Assembly (NCBI GenBank): GCA_051294905.1
Contig: CM119373.1
Coordinates: 34,658,001 to 34,722,000, forward strand
Reading direction: 5' to 3'
From: Botryllus schlosseri
Lineage: Eukaryota
Length of the DNA stretch: 64,000 nucleotides
The notes under the pieces are model-generated. The model had not been told where the DNA came from. It made no database searches and saw nothing but the letters and a program-made list of their open reading frames with translations. A program made the position numbers and the translations under genes. Positions 60,146-64,000 of this stretch are shown here, piece after piece. Positions within the stretch are counted from its first letter, which is position 1, and each line of letters begins with the position of its first letter.

Positions 60146-61120
60146 CAGTGGTGGATTTTGGGGTGGGCGAGGTGGGCGGTCGCCCGGGGCCCCCCTGGTC
60201 GAAGGGCCCCCCTATTTGGATTATGCGCTTTTTTCGAGGATAATAACGAATAAACATGGAAATACGTGTACCAAGCAAGAATATGATTCCGTACAGATGT
60301 GTCAATCATCATCAAATCTCTGCATTTGTTAGAAAAGTCCCGTCTCCCGATAATCATCACGTCTCTGCATGGGGTAGAATTACTTAGATTTGGTGTAGTC
60401 TATCCTTGCACAAGACCTTGCTCAAGACCCGCATCTTCCGTGCCACTGTCGAGCAGGTTCTTCTCTACGGAATAGAAGCACTCACGCTGACAGAAAAGCT
60501 GGCTAAGACACTCAACGCCAACTACGATGCACTCCTCCGCTACGCACTCGGCATCCACCACCCGGAGCACATATCCACCAATGCTCTGCGCAAACTAACA
60601 AAAACAGTCCCATGCCGTTTGCTGGCTGCTGAACGACGCTTACGCTTAATCGGTCATCTAGTGCGGCATCAAGACGATCAACCAGCCGCCGCCATCATCA
60701 ACCACATTCCGACGGAGCCATGGCGCAGAGGTGGCTGGAATAGAACCACATGGCGCTCAACAATAGAGACCGAGCTAGCGCAACGCGGGCTATCGCTCGA
60801 AGACGCCCACGACCGCCCACGATGGAGGCGCTTAATAAGGGCCGAAAACTCATTATCTTGATGTTCGTTTGTTTCCTGTTTTCTTTTGCCCTTTTATTTA
60901 ATTGAAAGACGATATATATATATATCCTTGCACACATGCAATAATATAGAGATGGCCGAATCCAGCACCTGGCCCAACCTTGCCGGGGTGAAAGCTAGAT
61001 CACAATATCAGATGCGAAAGGGGGGTCTGGGGGGCGGAGCCCCCCGAAGTTACGGTAGGATACTTACAGCCCCCCCGGTAAATCTCGCCCAGCCCCCCCC
61101 CGTTCGCAGGGCCACCACTG
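60146..61120. mobile_element. hAT-like MITE carrying a LINE insertion
   Basis: TIRs CAGTGGTGG / CCACCACTG; exact 8-bp TSD TGTGCAAG (60138-60145, 61121-61128). Confidence 0.88.
60413..60922 (+). mobile_element. 5'-truncated non-LTR retrotransposon (RTE-like RT C-terminus) with (AT)n tail
   Basis: Translation LLYG.E..TL...LR..LGI.....ISTN.L...RRLRLIGHL.R...DRPRWR; exact 12-bp TSD TATCCTTGCACA (60401-60412, 60923-60934). Confidence 0.88.
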
Positions 61121-61565
61121 TGTGCAAGTCACTACATGGCCATTTACACAAGGCCGATATACTCCGTATTTGCCGAAGTGCAGCACAGCCCACTTCTCTA
61201 GGCTTTTTTAATACACAGTATACGCAGATCGGGTAGTGAGGTGGAGTCTAAATAAACTTCCAATGCTCGGGACGGAATTTCTGGAGTCAACCTCGGTTGG
61301 ACTCGAACCAGCAGCACGTGTTGTAGCTGTGGATCGTAGCACTATGCCATCTCGCCACACGCGGGCGTGTCATCCCAAATCATATGTATGAGTTAACTGT
61401 GTGTCTCTAGATCGCCAATGGGCCCCTGACACTGGGTCTCACTCGATCTGGTGCGTGTGTGGAAAAGTGGAGACGAATGAGTAGCTGTCATTTTAATGCG
61501 TTTTATGGGATAATTTGCTTTTGTTGGAACGGATTTTGTAAACAATATTGGTACTGTGTTATAAT

Positions 61566-62087
61566 TAGGGCTGGGCACAATGATTCGAGTACTCGAATCT
61601 GAATCGAGTATTAATTTTAATGATTCGAGTCGAGTAGTAAAAACAATTTTTTCGAGTACTGAAATTATACGCTTCTCGCAACTGAAAGTTCATTCACTAA
61701 CGAGAGTTATAGTTTTGATACTATTATTTTCCAATGAGGAAGCCTTAAAACCTTGATTGGCCGTATCGCAGCATACGAGACATAGGCTAGTACAAAGCTA
61801 GGAACGTTACTGGAAATAACACATTTCCAAAGTCATGATCATACCACAACATTGCCAAGAAGTGCAATGAAATCGGAATGGTAGAAAAAATACCAAAGTA
61901 TCTTGAATGTGACGGATAAGAAGCATTATGTTCTTCGTGGTGGCATAAAAGGTGCATATTTCAACTTTGACATAGTACACTAGGTTGTGGCGTCATAATG
62001 AGTGATACTCGAATACTCGACTCGACTCGAAGCATTTTACGTGATTCAGAATCGAATCACCCAGGTACTCGATTTTGCCCAGCCCTA
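61566..62087. mobile_element. Ac-type hAT MITE
   Basis: TIRs TAGGGCTGGGCA / TGCCCAGCCCTA; exact TSD GTTATAAT (61558-61565, 62088-62095); decayed relatives start near 49475, 55590 and 57660. Confidence 0.92.
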
Positions 62088-64000
62088 GTTATAATATTAT
62101 TGTCTTTTGCTCTCTCGGCTCTCATGATCAGATTTACTTGTAGTGCTGATGAGCAATGTTTCCTCTAATTTTTGACTTGGCGGTTCTGGCTCTGCGCCAG
62201 AGGCGGCAGGCTCCAGGGGGCGGCAAAATGAGGCTGCACAGTGTACACAACCGGCTAAAAGTAGCGTAATTGGTAGTCCTATAGCTGGCGTCCCGTGAGC
62301 TAAAATGTAATCAAACTGTTCTCAATCGAAAGCTAGTGTCGCGCTGATTCCGAATATGTTAACATAGCAATGGAACCATTCCGAAATAGCCGTCAAGACC
62401 GATTGTTCCCATAACACGATGACCAATTGACCCTGATAATGGAAATTATATCGAGCGATTATTCGGAACAATGCCGATTTTCTGACTAGCATTTAAATTG
62501 TATTTCCGGGATCAGGGCAACAATAGCTTTCGATTAAGATCAGTATTGTTAAATTTGAGCGCTCGGAGGGCCTGGATAGGATGGCCATGGCCACGACCAA
62601 TTATGCTGCTTTTAGTTGTCTCAGCAGGAGGCTTGTCCGGGAATTCAAGTATGACAACTAATTTCCCATCTATCCATAGGTTAGTGATCTATACTCTGGG
62701 TGACGATTTGGTACAGCGCTCAGACCGAGATAGCTGTGAAGGTAAACTGGTCCTAGGAACTGTTTAAGTTGGTAATAATTGTCTGATGGACAGATTGACA
62801 GAAATCATTCGTTCGCTATTTCTTGTCTTTATTATTTTTGGCTTTATTAACGTTGGGACGGTGAGGCTGAGACGCGTTATATTGTTTGTAATAATTTTCA
62901 TTGAAAAGATTACTTGAACAGGAATCTATGTCGAAATTTGCTGCGGTCTACTTAGGGGGGCGGCATTTTAAGCGAGAGCCAGGGGCGGCAGCACATGCTG
63001 CTACGCCAGTGCATTGAACAACAGTGCGTAACGACTGAAAAAAGGTCATCACCTCGACTTTCTTGTAAGCGGAACACGGTTTTCTGTGCGCGGCGACTTT
63101 GTCATTGTCTTGATGTCATGTAAATATTATTACCGTTGATCAATATTTATTGATTACGTCTGGACCAGGATATGAGGCAAAACTTATGAATGTGGAACAA
63201 TTAGATTTCTACACCTTTGGTCACCAAATATAGACTGATGCCTCTACTTGACAAGGTAAAGTACATGCGTATTTGTGTGTGCGATAGATTGATTCACTCG
63301 AAAATGTCATTTCAACTCCCAAATTTTCGTTGTACGCTACTGCAGTCTTAGGACATTTGGAACTGACAGCCAAGGTTAATAAATGTTGATATTACCAGCT
63401 GAGTAGAGATGATTGCATGAGATGCAACTAAGCTCAAAAGATTCAATATATAACCGTAATTAATTGGAATAGCGCATGTGTGATGCAAAACACTCGAGTA
63501 TTCTTTTTAGGCATGACTTCGACACTATACCTTCAATTAATTATTACCGTATATTTTCTATTACCTTCCTGATCCCCTCCCACCCCATTTGTTCCAATAC
63601 AAAAACAAGTCTTCTATGCGTCATATGTGTATTTGAGAAGTATCGCAATCATGATTAGTAAATATTCGCAGATTGCACAAGCGAGCTAATGTCCCGGAAC
63701 CCCAGTTCTGTGCGTCTGGCTTGAAATCGCAGGCCTCCGAAAAAATTGCTTGAAATCGCGTCGATTAACCGTGTGTATTTACATATGTACATATAAGATG
63801 CTTTCCGCAAGTAAGCCCGTACATCATTGTCCGTACAGCGTTAGAAAACTTGGATGATAAAAAGACATTGGTCCACTCGCCGGCAAAATGCAACTTAGAT
63901 CGATGATTCCAAGTAAGGTATAGCACATAAAATAGGAATGTTTGTTTTCCAGCACGAAGCTATAAATATCCATTGCACGAAATACAGTCTATTCGATTCG

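Larger units (their letters stand above)
60117..61357 (-). mobile_element. tRNA-derived SINE interrupted by the 60146-61120 MITE
   Basis: Head with B box TGGTTCGAGTCC (61299-61310); body 61121-61290; tail remnant at 60117-60145. Confidence 0.72.
48540..62150 (+). repeat. Three diverged tandem copies of a multi-kb non-coding block (about 48540-52726, 54235-58800, 59130-62150)
   Basis: Shared anchors in order, e.g. TTAGAAATCGCTGCTTGTATTTG (48570, 54260), CAGTGAAACAAA (50450, 57440, 59247), GGGAATGGCG (50991, 58000, 60045), ATGTATGA(G/A)TTAACTG (52307, 58376, 61385). Confidence 0.7.

Noticed and set aside
60406-60412. Start codon of the 151-aa LINE ORF
   Set aside because: It is a TTG inside the target-site duplication; the element is 5'-truncated, not a gene

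Overview
This is AT-rich animal genomic DNA, probably from an invertebrate (a tunicate is plausible but not provable here). Positions ~1.2-37.7 kb hold a head-to-tail, all plus-strand cluster of 16 paralogous C2H2 zinc-finger loci, each with a single coding exon: 9 open genes with 8-13 finger units, 4 disrupted full-length copies and 3 fragments. The proteins have only a ~27-aa N-terminal peptide (no recognisable KRAB/SCAN/BTB/ZAD domain) and non-TGEKP linkers. Their DNA-contact residues are hypervariable, and their N- and C-terminal halves are recombined between paralogs. All 13 full-length loci and one fragment are preceded by a branch point/polypyrimidine/AG acceptor (44-77 nt before the start codon in the full-length loci), and an ACTGCATGCAC module recurs in nearly all upstream regions. 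The cluster and the rest of the window are dense with non-autonomous hAT elements, many with exact 8-bp TSDs and one three-level nest. Downstream are an intronless CD20/MS4A-like four-TM gene (46917-48017) with a tyrosine-repeat tail and a triplicated non-coding block. That block carries tRNA-derived SINEs, a 5'-truncated RTE-like LINE and a Penelope-like GIY-YIG remnant followed by a candidate minimal hammerhead ribozyme. All coordinates and alignments were read by eye; no database searches were run.
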